Positions 1-13,484 of a stretch of DNA of 64,000 nt are shown here, piece by piece. Source of the stretch: Octopus vulgaris (Eukaryota); NCBI GenBank assembly GCA_951406725.2, contig OX597819.1, forward strand, positions 15,748,001 through 15,812,000, read 5' to 3'. The notes under the pieces were generated by a model that saw only the letters and a list, made by a program, of their open reading frames with translations, was not told where the DNA came from and searched no databases. The position numbers and the translations under genes were made by a program. The first letter of the stretch is position 1; each line of letters starts with the position of its first letter.

Positions 1-276
1 GTCCCACTGCATGACACCATGGGCCGACCAAAGTCTTGTGACTGTACTTGGTAAATGGAAACTGAAAGAAGCCTGTCATATATATATATATATATATACA
101 CGTTTATATATTTGTTGTGCAAGATTTTTTATGTGAAGTTGTGTGCTGAAACAGATATTGTTATATTTCGGAATGGTCATCTTGCCAGTTTAGCCAATAA
201 AAACACATGCACTATGTATTTGGTGTTACTTTGCTTCAGTGTTATTTATTTTTTACATTAATCTTAATCTTATTTC

Positions 277-321
277 GGCCAGAGTTCTTTCGTCACACTC
301 CTGTGACCGCATCAGTGGTCC
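277..321 (-). ncRNA. Degenerate minimal hammerhead-like motif (Penelope-type remnant)
   Basis: Minus strand reads ggacca-CUGAUGC-g-GUCAC-aggagu-GUGAC-GAAA-gaacUC-uggcc. Stem II is perfect and stem I partial; core A9 is changed to C. Confidence 0.45.
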
Positions 322-1871
322 TTTGTTTTCTTCTTTCTTATTTGTGTCTCTCCTGTAATATTTGTATCTTCTGTTTATATACGTTCATGTAATTTGTTTT
401 TGTTGTTGTTGTTTTTGTTTATTCTTATTTTGTTCATGTGTTTACATCCACTTATTATTATCATTACATATGCTTGTATGTATGTATGTATAACAACAAT
501 ACTAGTAATAATAATAATAAATCGAAAAAAAAATAATATAGTTATTTATTTCTATTTGTTTATTTATCTGTGTATTTATTATGTTTTCGGGATCCTCTAC
601 TGTCATATGTTGTGGTGTGTGCTAGTGTTCCATTCTAGTTTCCTATTCAGGCTAGGTTTATTTTCTATTATGTGTGTAGCTTCTGTAATTTGTCTGATTG
701 TTGCATCTGTTCTATGTGTGGACAATATTTTAATTTCTATGTTGTTGATTGATCCCCTGTGTTCCTATTTGAACCTCCTTCTCCACTGCCGCCACCACAG
801 CAGCATTTTGTCTGTCTTTATCTTCAGAGTTCAAATTCTGCCAAGGTCGACTTTACCTTTCGTCCTTTCAGGATCAAAAAATACTAGAACTCTTTGAGTG
901 CTGGGGGTCAAAATAATTGACCTCCCCTCCTCCAAAATTGCTGGCTTTGTGTCAAAATTTGAAACCAATATTAAATTGGTGTTTGGAACACAACATAAAA
1001 TTTGATTGGGGTCTCTTTTAAAACAGAAAATTTGTATTGCTTAAGCAGGGCTGGTCTTAGGCGGGTTGGCCTCAAAGAGTTAATTTAGGCCAAGAGATGC
1101 AGCACGTATTCTTTGCTGTTTATTGCATTGATAATAAACAGAGGGGCACATACATAAAGATATAATTACATACTTACACATATACAACTACTCGCACACA
1201 TACACAATTACATACACAGTAACAGACACATACAGTTGCAGACATGCACAAGCCAACAAACATTACTGCACACATGCACTCATACACATAGACACACACA
1301 AGCATACTGGTGCAACCTGACCTGTATACACGGTTACACACACACACAGTACTATGCATACTCACACATACAGACTATTATACATGCCTACACACACACA
1401 CACACACACACACCTCTTCCAACATTAAACTAGCCAAGCAGACCCCTGTACTTACCCCTCCTTCACACTCATGTTCTCTCTCTCTTATTTTATGTTAAAA
1501 ACTATAATTACATCAATTCAATTGTGTTAACATTGTAATATATATTTATATTTTAGATTGTGTGTTTGTGTGTGTGTGTGCCTGCCTATGTTTACCTGGA
1601 AAGAATCCTGTTATCTGTATACATGTAATAAATACTCCATACCATCATCATCACCACATCTGTTTTTCCATACTGGTATGAGTTTCTATGGCTGGATGCT
1701 CTTCCTGTCAACGACTCTTGTTTTTCAACTAAAGTATTTTATTTCACTGGCCCTCTGATAAATCTGTTGAACTTCCTTATTTTTGTTGTAAAAAATGTCA
1801 CGTTTGTGCCCAAATGATATTGAAAGAGATGCAAACATGCTGGCTTCCATATATATATATATATGTATATA

Positions 1872-2253
1872 GGTGCAGGTGTGGCTGTGTGGTAAGTAAC
1901 TTGCTTACCAACCTCATGGTTCCAGGTTCAGTCCCACTGCGTGGCACCTTCGGCAAGTGTCATCTACTATTGTCTTGGGCCGACCAAAGCCTTGTGAGTG
2001 GATTTGGCTGATGGAAACTGAAAGAAGCCTGTCATATATGTGTGTGTGTGTGTGTGTTTGTGTGCCTGTGTTTGTCTCCCCACCATCGCTTGACAACCGT
2101 TACGTCCCTGTAACATAGCAGTTTGGCAAAAGAGACTGATAGAATAAGTACTAAGCTTACAAAGAATAAGTCCTGGGGTCAATTTGTTCGACTAAAGGTG
2201 GTGCTCCAGCATGGCCGCTGTCAGATAATTGAAACAAATAAAAGAATAAAAGA
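1872..2253 (+). mobile_element. tRNA-derived SINE family A (full-length copy)
   Basis: A-box/B-box-like head (gtggctgtgtgg...ggttcagtccc), internal (TG)n and a (AAAGAAT)n-like tail. Homologous copies at 1-80, 8129-8297, 10018-10408, 11693-12335, 16993-17135, 19243-19660(-), 20492-20910(-), 27251-27430, 38964-39430 and 59280-59670. Confidence 0.85.
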
Positions 2254-2419
2254 ACATTTATTATATATATAGGGTTGGCCAAAAGTCACCCGACAATAAA
2301 TCAAAATTCCATAAATACTATCTGTATTGACCCAAATGGAAAAATGGCGTTGCTCAAGAAGGACTTCAGTTTGAACAATTTTCATATTTAGATGTGTTTA
2401 TGAAATTCATTCAGTTAAA

Positions 2420-2715
2420 ATGGCACGTAAAAAGCACCATCTGAACATGGCCGAATGTTCAGATGACTGGCTTCTGTGCCACTGGCATGTAAAAAGCACA
2501 AACCGATCATGGCCGTTGCCAGCCACCTCTGGCCCCTGTGGAGGTGGCACGTAAAAAGCATCCACTACACTCACAGAGTGGTTGGCATTAGGAAGGGCAT
2601 CCAGCTGTAGAAACTCTGATTGGAGCCTGGTGCAGCCTCCTGGCTTCCCAGACCCCAGTCAAACTGTCCAACCCATGCTAGCATGGAAAATAGATGTTAA
2701 ATGATGATGATGATG
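2420..2715 (+). mobile_element. Non-autonomous retroposon family C with (GAT)n tail, probably RTE-associated
   Basis: Shared sequence gtggcacgtaaaaagcacccactacac...ggaagggcatccagctgtagaaac...gcatggaaagcggacgttaaa(cgat/gat)n. Other copies at 3367-3600(-), 6405-6660(-), 11831-12060(-), 12710-12900(-), 18870-18977, 23895-24356, 27700-27890, 43074-43380(-), 52480-53043 and 53418-53620(-). Confidence 0.75.
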
Positions 2716-3004
2716 TTAAACATAAATAAATCTTGGAATTTAATGGTTTTGATTTACTGTCAGGTGACTTTTGCCAACCGTGTGTGTGTGTGTGCGTGTG
2801 CAGGTATGGCTGTTAGTTCAGAAGTTTACTTTTTAAACATAGGCTTGGGTTCAATCCTACCGTATGTCACTTTGTGTAACTATCTACTACATCTCTGAGC
2901 TGACCAACGCTTCTGTATGTAAATGTGTCTGTATCTCTGTATTTGAGCCAATGAGGGACTTGTTCAACCTTCTAGAAACAGTATCATCATGCACACACCC
3001 ATGC

Positions 3005-3044
<40 letters not shown>

Positions 3045-3671
3045 ATAAAAGGGTAAAATTAATTAATTAATCATGCGTTGCATGACATTTTGATCAAGCA
3101 TGTTTCACCTTAGTTTTTGAGTTAGCTAAAGTTTTGCGAAACTGGGTTGGCAGAAACTGTGTGGAAGTCTTTCCAATGGATTGTTCCATATTATTGAAAA
3201 GGAAGACTTTGTCACGCTGCATCGTACTGATTCTGTCCGTGGAATACACAACCACATACACTTTACGACAATGAGTAGGCAGTTCAGCTGATCGTGCCCC
3301 TGAAGGCCAGTCATTATTGATACCGGCACAAGTTCCATTTACTTTTACTTTACATATATAAATATCATGATCATCGTTTAATGTCCGTTTTCTATGCTGG
3401 CATGGGTTGGACGGTTCGACTGGGGTCTGGGAAGCCAGGAGGCTATACCAGGCCCCCATCTGATCTGGCAGTGTTTTTACAGCTGGATGCCCTTGCTAAT
3501 GCCAACCACTCCAAGAGTGTAGTGGGTGCTTTTTACATGCCACTGGCACAGGGGGCCAGGGGAGCTGGCATCAGTCGGATGGTGCTTTTTACGTGCCACT
3601 GATCATGGCATAAGGCCTCTTTCAGCACCACCACCACCACCACCACCACCACTGAGGGTTTGTAACCCCCC

Positions 3672-3702
<31 letters not shown>

Positions 3703-5868
3703 CCACTTTGTTGGTTATTATCATTAAAGTTTAAAGTCCACATTGAATATAGGCTATCACATTCTTTGTATTGTGCTAAATACCTTAGCTGTTGTTGTCA
3801 TTTTATATGTGTATTGCGTACATAGGTGTGTAGTGCATTTATATATATTAGATGTATCTGTCTGTGTGTGCGTTTTTATGAGGTTTTTGTTTGTACGTAC
3901 TGATATATATATAGGTGTGACATGTATTGAGGTGTGTTGTGTGTACATGTGTGCGATATATGTATGCGTGTGTATATTTGTATGTGCTGTTGTGTATATA
4001 GGTGTGTGGACACGTGTGTGTGTGTGTGTGTGTGCCTTGTTATATCTGTATTCTATGTTCAGCCTGTATAGTGGTTGGTTAACACAGTATTTGATTCTTG
4101 TATCACTGCCTCCCCCCACACTTCTGTGTGTGTATGTATGTAGGTGTTTAGGTTGGTTACATATTCTCACCTGCCCCCCCTCCATTCTGATTTATTGTTC
4201 ATGCTTGTAAGAAGTGTGAAGGTTGTTAGTAATATTAGTGTCGGTGGCGTTGTTGTTGTGGAGTCCTAGCTCATCCTTGATCTAGTAGACAAACCAATCT
4301 ACCTACTTTGATCATAACCGTTCCATCCCATTTTTATTCAAATACACTTTATGCTTACACAATACGTCTTTATTTTCTCAAAGCCAGTTTGATATTATTA
4401 AAGGAAAACTTGACTGTTATTTCTAGCAACTTGAGCAACCACGTATTGTGATGTTATTGCTTAGCCCCAGATCACCTGGTGGACCTATGATCAAAGATGT
4501 TCCAGCTACGACCATCATGTCTTTTCTGTAGACATAGTATATGTAGTATTGCATTAACCATAGTTAAAGATAGTTGGGTGTAATTTTGAGGGATATTTGG
4601 ATGCTACTTCTTGCAGTTACCCCACCATATTGTTAATGGTGCAGGCATATCTTGTGTATACAATAGAGTATGGCTTGGTGATGTTTAGGACTTCATCAGT
4701 TTACTAGTTCTGAAAAGGTTTGTTTCTTGAAAAAACAAAAAGGTGTTGTAGGTACATCTAACATGGCGGTGCCCCAGCATGGCCACAGCTTGTGAGCTGA
4801 AACTAGATTAAATATAAAATATAAATATAAAATATATAGAACTATATAAACCGAATGTGACATGGTGTAGATGGTTTATGGGGATTGAATAAATTAAAGG
4901 GGGAATGTAATTAATAACTGAATAAGTTCCCATGGTGGAATTGTTAAACGTTTCAAACTGATTGGCATTTTTCCGTGTTTGCATGGGTCAAATGGAGGCA
5001 GGGTTTCTACAGCTGGATGCCCTTCTTGTCACCGACCCTCACTTATTTCCCCATGGCCAGACAAGTTTTTCGCAGAAGAATCCAAAATAAAGAAGGATAG
5101 TAAATGGCAGAATTGGAGTGTCAGATGAAATGCCTTCCAGTATTTAGCTACGGTTCTTTTTGTTCTGATTTCAAATCCTGCCAAAGTCAATGTTACTGTT
5201 TATCCTTCTGGGGTCAATAAAAATAAGATGTCAGTTAAGTAATGGGGTCTGTATAATCAGCATTTGCTGTTCCTCATGTTTCAGGTCATATGCCTATGTT
5301 TTGAAACCAAGGTAAATGGATAATGTGTTTAGATTTGGGTCTTATCCCTAATCTGCCCCATTTTAGTTGTACAAATATACAATCATTCCAAAATCTGCCC
5401 GAAATCTGGAGCACAATTAGCCCCAACTATTTTAGTTATAAGATTATCAAGATTATTATTAATTCTGCTAATTATTCATTAAAAACAAATCACTCCTTTC
5501 AAATTTATCAGGGTGGAATAATTAAGAACAAACATTATGACATAACTGAGTAGTTTTAATTATTAGTGAGGGTGGTGAAGTTGGTGCTGTACTCCAAAAT
5601 AAATTTTCTGAAATGTAGATGAGAGTGGTAGATATGACCCAGGTGAACGGGCATACTCTCAGCTTTATACCTATAGACTAGAATACCCATTTGAGAGAGG
5701 GCCTCCTGCCATTGATTTCCTGGTTAATTTTTGATAGATACAGTCCTGTCTTATGTCTTATTATTTTGTTGTTTGTCTGCTTTTCATATTTGATTTCTGA
5801 TTTTATTATTTGTCCCTGTTAATGTCTCTTCATCCTCTGCCCTTCTGGCATTTACATAAACGATTATC

Positions 5869-6089
5869 TATTTCTTCACTGCCCACAAGGGGCTAAACAC
5901 AGAGAGGACAGACAAAGGGATTAAGTCGATTATATCGACCCCAGTGCGTAACTGGTACTTATTTAATCGACCCTGAAAGGATGAAAGGTAAAGTCGACCT
6001 CGGCGGAATTTGAACTCAGAACATAAAGACAGACGCAATACCGCTGAGCATTTCGCCCGACGTGCTAACGATTCTGCCAGCTCGCCGCC
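5869..6089 (-). mobile_element. tRNA-derived SINE family B with 17-bp TSD
   Basis: Head ggcggcgagctggcagaa...gagttcaaattcc and core gtcgactttgcctttcatcctttcggggtcgat. Flanked by ttacataaac(g/a)attatc at 5852-5868 and 6090-6106. Confidence 0.88.
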
Positions 6090-6906
6090 TTACATAAACA
6101 ATTATCATTGATTTTTTACATAGGTACAAGGCTAGACATTTTTACTGAAAACTCAGTTGATTAAATCAACGCCAGTAAATGGCTGTAGGTTTTATTTCAT
6201 TGACTCAGGAAAGATTCAAGGCAAAATAGACCTAGGTAGGATTTGAACTTAAAGAGACACAGACTAAATTACATCAAAGTGTTTAACCTTTTGACAAGTT
6301 TCAACTTGCTCTGGTTGTCTGTTTTAAAGTCTTTAAATGATATTAATTTTGCATGTGTTAAACAACCTAATGATGCAAAGTAAATCATGCACAACATTAC
6401 TTCATCATTATCGTCGTCGTCGTTTAACATCCGCTTTCCATGCTGGCATGGGTTGGATGGTTTGATTGAGGGCTGGCAAGCCAGATGGCTGCACCAGGCT
6501 CCAATCTGATCTGGCAAAGTTTCTACAGCTGGATGCCTTTCCTAACACCAACCACTCCGAGAGTGTAGTGGGTGCTTTTTATATGCCACCGGCACGAGCG
6601 CCAGTCAGGTGGCACTGGCATCGACCATGCTTGAATGGTGCTTTTTACTTGCCACCGGCACATATACAGTCGAGAGTAAATTTGAGAAAGTTGCCAACGA
6701 AGCATTAATTATTCAAGTTAAACTAATTGATGAACAAAATGACTCCATTTAGTGACTGTACGGTTGGTGGATTTTGGCTTTGAATGTGTTTAGACATGAA
6801 GAAGTGGTGGTGTGGGTAGGGTGAATTTGTGGGGCTGCTGGGATAGCACAGAAGCTAGTAAACAACATTTGAGGAGGTACTGAGCGGGAGCATCCCTATG
6901 CAGTAC

Positions 6907-6941
<35 letters not shown>

Positions 6942-7109
6942 TTGTGGACATAATTGTCTCAGGCCCCAGGACTCATAGGGGTCGGTTGCCCAATTCCTAT
7001 GGTATATAAGAGACCAGTCCATCGTAGAGTTTCCCATTTACAGGTGAGTGTACTGGAGCCATGCAAAACGAAGTGTTGCACTCAAGAACACAATGCATTG
7101 CTTACTGCT

Positions 7110-7445
7110 CTCTATTTTGGAGATGAGGAATTCTGTACATTATTTACACTGGATGGAGAGGTGTCCTCACCTTGTTTGTTGTCACCACAACATCATGGCT
7201 GATGTACTCTCCAGCCTTCATCAGGTGCCCTGGTGCAATTTCAAACCCATCCCTTTATTTGACTAATGTCATACTCTGTTCTCATTCTTAAGGTATTTCT
7301 TGTTGATGTTATTATTATTCAAGTCACTGACTGGGATTGAACTCAGACTCTTGAGATTAATCTCTGTTTATTGTACATTTCTGTTTCCTTCTCTTCCTTT
7401 CACGGACATATAGTGTAGTGGTTAAGAGCACTGGCTATCAACTCC
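7110..7445 (-). mobile_element. Diverged copy of tRNA-headed hammerhead-bearing element (family H), with adjacent inverted head
   Basis: Homologous to 36210-36462. CTGATGA is retained but GAAA is lost. A plus-strand head ggacatatagtgtagtggttaagagc lies near 7404. Confidence 0.65.
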
Positions 7446-8019
7446 TCCTCCCCCGCCTCCTCTTCCTCCTCCTACAACTACTACTACTGCTGCTGCTACA
7501 TTACTGTTCCCACACCTGTACCAACACCAATATCACACTTCCTATTTTAATGACCTTCTGCAATGGTGAACAGCAAAGTTGACTTCAGCAGGATTTGAAC
7601 TAAAAATATTTTGTGAGTTTAGGATGGTTTTGTAATGTTCTACCATTTCTGACCCTCCAAGAAGATGATGGTATGAAGAATGGTTTCTAACAAAGGCACG
7701 AGATCTTAAACTTGGACGAGGTGTGTTTGTCAGTTAAATCAACCCTACTGCTGGACTTGATCCTGGAACAATGACAGGACCTGACCAAATATCATAAAGC
7801 AGTTTGGGTGGAGCACCAACAAGTCTGCCAATCCCCCAGTATTAATGGTTTTTTTCTTTTTTTTACACTAGTAGAAAACCATTGCATCTTTGTGCGTCAT
7901 AAGGGAAGAATAAAGGAGTTGGTGTTCTGGAATGGTATCCAGCTGTTAAACACTGCCTCAAAAAGTCCCATCCAATCCATGCCCTCATGGAAAACTATAT
8001 GTAAGAGTGATGACACTGA

Positions 8020-8132
<113 letters not shown>

Positions 8133-8909
8133 TGCAGGCATAAGTGTGTGGTCAAGAAGCTTGCTTCCAACAATGTGGTCTTGGGTTCAGTCCCGTTTCA
8201 TGCTTCATGGTACTTTGAGCAAGTGAACTATAACCCTGGGGCAATTAAAGCCATGTGAGTGGATTTGGTAAACAGAAACTGACAGAGGCCTGTCCTATTT
8301 ATCATCATCATCATCATTGTTGTCATCATCAAATGTCTTTTTTTCTGGCATGGGTCAGGCAGTTTGACAAGAACAGATGTGACAGAGGGCTCTGCCAGGT
8401 TCTGTGTCTGCTTTGGCATGGTTTCTACAGCTGGATGCCCTTCCTAATGTCAACCATTAAGAGCCTTTTACATAGCAGCAGCACAAGCAAGGTCCCTCAG
8501 TCCCCAAGTCACTGTAAGATACGATCCCCTCATGTGATGCTTCTTTGTCCAATTCTTCTCTCAGGGCACTTACACTCTGTCCTTAATTTATTATTTTGCT
8601 CATAAATAAGATTAACTGATTACATCAGATTTTTACTAATCTATTATACACTACTGATCTCTCTTCAGTCAAATCAGGAATTTTCTAAATGTGTGCGCTT
8701 TTTACTTTAATCTGAAACGGTTGAACTGTCGCAGAAATAACCAGTTTAAATTAATGCAGTCACATTTTCAATGTTAGGTCACAAAAGTAAATTTACTTTA
8801 TATTAAGGTTGTGTGTCAGGTGAGAATATTTTACTTTTACATTTGCTGTCGTAATTAATCCATGGAAAATCTTTTCTAAAGCCAAGCCCTACATTAATGG
8901 GTTAACAAA

Positions 8910-9270
<361 letters not shown>

Positions 9271-9551
9271 ACATACATGGGTGTGTCTGATTATGCATAC
9301 AAGAATATATTAATGAAAGGAATTCGAACTTTGATTTTCATGTTTTGTTTACAATCTTATAATAATATAAGATTATATAATGAAATGATAGAATGTTAAA
9401 TGTCCATTCTGATTGAACAAGTACTTTCATGCATTAAACTATGCAATCTTCAGGTTCATCTAGTAGTGGTGACAGTTATGTTTTACAATTTACAACTGTT
9501 TATATCTGGTGGTTGTCTACTCCTTGTGCAGAGTCTGACCACCTCTTGTAC

Positions 9552-9997
9552 TTACACCTTAGATCCATCATGGCATCTGCTGTGGCTTTTTAAACCAGAC
9601 ACTGTTTTGAAAAGACACCCACATACATTGCATATCTGGTTTGGTCCACCAAGAGCTGCAGTTAAGTTCTGATCTTTGTGGATCTTAAAATGTCTAAGAT
9701 TTGAAGACCTTATGGTATACATGGCATTGGTGGAGGTTTGTTTTTTATGGGTTCGTAAATGAGATTTGAGCCCAGCAAAAGAAAGGCATGGTCTGTCACA
9801 AACTGTGCACACAAAAAAGGTCATTGTGATTCACCTTCTCAATCGTAACATTCTTCCTTAAATCTCTTTTGAGTCTTACATGCGTTATCCCGGCCTCTTC
9901 AAACGCTTTTACTCCACTCCACACTTTTGCTCGCCATCCAGCTCGATCCGAAGCAAGGATTTCTATGTCCTCTGGATTCATTCCAGGTGACTTCATG
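9552..9997 (-). mobile_element. 3' fragment of LINE ORF2 (RTE-like) with two C2H2-like fingers
   Basis: Frameshifted translation DMKSPGMNPEDIEILASDRAGWRAKVWSGVKAFEE..., then CTVCDRPCLSFAGLKSHLRTH and CNVCGCLFKTVSGLKSHSRCH. The 'AxDRxxWR' motif followed by a CxxC...SHxRxH finger is typical of RTE-type ORF2 C-termini. Confidence 0.72.
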
Positions 9998-10914
9998 TCT
10001 ATATATATATACACACAGGCACAGGAGTGGCTGTGTGATAAGTAGCTTGCTTACCAACCACAGGATTCCAGGTTCAGTCCCACTGTGTAGTACCTTGGGT
10101 AAGTGTCTTCTTCTGTATAGCTTTGGGCCGACCAAAGCCTTGTGAGTGGATTTGGTAGATGGAAACTGACAGAAGCCCATCATATATATATATGTTTGTG
10201 TTTCTGTGTTTGTTCCACCCCCATCATCGATTGATAACTGATGTTGGTGTGTTTACGTCCCTGTAACTTAGCACTTTGGCAAAAGAGACTGCTAGAATAA
10301 GTGCTAGGCTAACAAAGAAGAAGTCCTGGGGTTGAATTGTTCGACTAAAGGTGGTGCTCCAGCATGGCTGCAAACAAATAACTGAAGCAAATAAGAGAAT
10401 AAAAGAAAGACTATATCTGTTCCAGACGTGGTGGGGAGAAAGAGAGACGACATAAAACACAGTCCTGTGGTTTTTTTGTTGAGTACCAGTTTGTTTAGGT
10501 CCCTGATGGAGTTATGAAATTTAAAATACCATTCCTCCTCCTCCCCACCTCTACTATGGTATTGTTAGATTCATCTGCTGCCAATAAGATTGAGAAATTG
10601 TGAACATAGCAAACCTTGGAATCTATCTATGATGGTCAGAAGGCTCTGGATGAAATGCTTAAGTATAGCCTTTAGTAGGCTTAGACATAGTGGCCTTTCT
10701 CTGTTTAGGTTATTGGTTATAGATTGTAAGATTTGAAACCCTCTCCATAGTTCCCTCCTATAATCTTTTCTCAACCACCTTGGTATGACAACAGATCATA
10801 AAACACACACACACACACACACACATGCATGCAGCTTGGCTTATTTTACTAGGTCATATGGTGTTGCTTTGAAACCTGCTCTAACTATAATTATATATAT
10901 ATGTGTGTGTGTGG

Positions 10915-10972
<58 letters not shown>

Positions 10973-12091
10973 GTATTTGTGTTCTATCTCTCTATATCTG
11001 TGTGAGCGCGCGCGCGTTTATATATATATATATATATATATATAAAAACATATGTACACACACAGAGTATGGTTTTGAATAAATGTAGTGCATGTGGCTG
11101 GCAGTGGTGGTGTTCATGGCTGCTGTGGTGGCGGTGGCGGTGATGGTGAAATGATGGTATTAAGGCTTGTAAGGGAGTTTGTAATGACAGTGGTGGTGGT
11201 TGTGGTGGTGTATTGTTTGTCTTGAAAATACCTGACCTCCGGGTGGTGAATGTGGGGTAGATGGGTGGGGTTTGTAATTTAGTGCTGAACTGTCAAAAAG
11301 ACAACTGAACTACTTTCTCAATGGCTTCACCCTCCCTGCTTTCTCTCTGTTTGTGTGTAGCTCTGGCTTTTGTAGTACATTGTTAGGGGTGGATACACAG
11401 TGGAAATGTACACTACTTGAATAGCTTGTGGGTATATTGATAGGTGGGTACAAGTGTTGGTGGCCGGTTGGGTGGTTGGTCTGAGAGAGTAATAGAGCGA
11501 CAGTGTAGCCAGATAGGTAGATTGACTGGATAAATAGGTAGCTATTCAGCCGCGCGCACGCGCACACACACACACACACACATGCATACATGCACACACA
11601 TGAGCGCGTGCACACACATGCACATACACTGTTGACTGATAGGTAGACAGACTAGATAAATTGGAAGATACTGTGACAGGCTGATGTGTATAGGTACAGG
11701 TATGACTGTGTGGTTAGAAGTTTTCTTTCCAACCACATGGTTCCAGGTTCAGTCCCACTCCATGGCACTCTGGGCATGTGTCTTCTGCTGTACTAACCAT
11801 GAGCTGATCAATGCCTTTGTGAGTGGATTTATCGTTTATCATTTAACGTCCGCTTTCCATGCTATGGGTTGGACGATTTTGACTGAGGACTGGCGAACCA
11901 GATGGCTGCACCAGGCTCCAATCTTGATCTGGCAGAATTTCTACAGCTGGATGCCCTTCCTAACGCCAACCACTCTGAGAGTGTAGTGGGTGCTTTTTAC
12001 GTACCACTGGCATGAGGGCCAGTCAGGCGGTACTGGCAATGACCTCGCTCGAATCTTTTTTTTAGTAGATGGAAAATGAAAGAAACCTGTG

Positions 12092-12125
<34 letters not shown>

Positions 12126-12979
12126 CTTTATGTCTGCGTTTGTCTCCTACCACCGTTTGACAACCCGTGTCGGTGTGTTTACATTCTTGTAACTTAGCAG
12201 TTTGGCAAAAGATACCAATAGAATAAATACCAGGCTTAAAAAAGATGTACTGGGGTTGATTCATTTGATTAAAAGATTCCTCAAGGCTGTGCCCCAGCAT
12301 GGCCACAGCCAATTGACTGAAACAGAGAAAAATAAAAATATATATTCATTTCTTTATTGCCCAGTGTATAACTGGTACTTATTTAATTGACCCCGAAAGG
12401 ATGAAAGGCAAAGTTGACCTCGGCAGAATTTGAACTCAGAATGTGACGGCAGATGAAATACCTAGTTCTTTACAGCCCACAAGGAGCTAAACACAGAGAG
12501 GACAAACAAGGACAGACAAACGGATTAAGTCGGTTATATCGACCCCAGTGCATTTACCCCACCAGAAGGGAGAAACACGGCACCTAGGATTCTTCCTCGA
12601 CAACATACCTGTGCCTTACAGGTGATGGCACCTTGAACTGTACTGTTTTGAGTGACATGACTACAGCCTTGCTAGGGTACCACCTTTACACTTGGTGGCA
12701 TTTACCATGTTTATCATCGTCATCATTTAATGTCCATTGTCCATGCTGGCATGGGTTGGGTGGTTTGATCAGGGCTGGTAAGCTGGAAGGCTGCACCAGT
12801 CTGATTTGGCATTGTTTTCTAAAGCTGGATGCCCTTTCTAACACCAAACACTCTGAGTGTAATGTATACTTTTATGTGCCACTGGCACAGGTGCCATTTG
12901 CATGACACTGGTATATGCCATGGTTGGAATTTTGCTTGGCTTGATGGGTCTTCTTCTCAACACAACATAATGTCAAAGG

Positions 12980-13262
12980 TGTAAAGGCTGTTTGCCAACA
13001 TAACATGGCAGTCCTGGTTTAGGACGAATATTACTGTAATTTAGCCCCAGGGGACATCGTCTCCAGCTGGCTATACAACATGATCTGTGTCCTTATATTT
13101 TCGAACAAGGGAATCTAGCACCCCCATTCAGCTCAAAACAATATCTGTGTTTTGCGATTTCCAGGTTATTTCCCTTCATGTTTTGTTGGCAAACAACCTT
13201 TACTCCAAAGTACTGTTGCTGAATATCTCTCGTTGTGAGATTTGAAAATAGTAATTTTCTAA
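12980..13262. mobile_element. Non-autonomous element with ~27-bp inverted repeats (family F)
   Basis: gtaaaggctgtttgccaacataacatg ... catgttttgttggcaaacaacctttac, followed by a tail shared with 44575-44630. Confidence 0.65.
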
Positions 13263-13445
13263 TGTCAAAGGTCTTGGTCATTGCCTCTGTAAGGGCCAAC
13301 ACTCAAAAGAAACTTGGCCGCTTTGCCTCCGGGAAGCCCAACACTCGAAAGGAACTCAGCTGCTTTGCCGCCTTTATCTCAATTGTTTTAGGTGCCTATG
13401 TAGTTGGAAGTGGATAGACACTCTCCCTATTTTCTCATCAACATC

Positions 13446-13484
<39 letters not shown>

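Noticed and set aside
394-897. 167-aa hydrophobic ORF
   Set aside because: Low-complexity T-rich DNA running into a SINE fragment.
3070-3350. Unique-looking segment open on both strands
   Set aside because: No recognisable domain or convincing splice context; the listed ORF start lies in an adjacent repeat.
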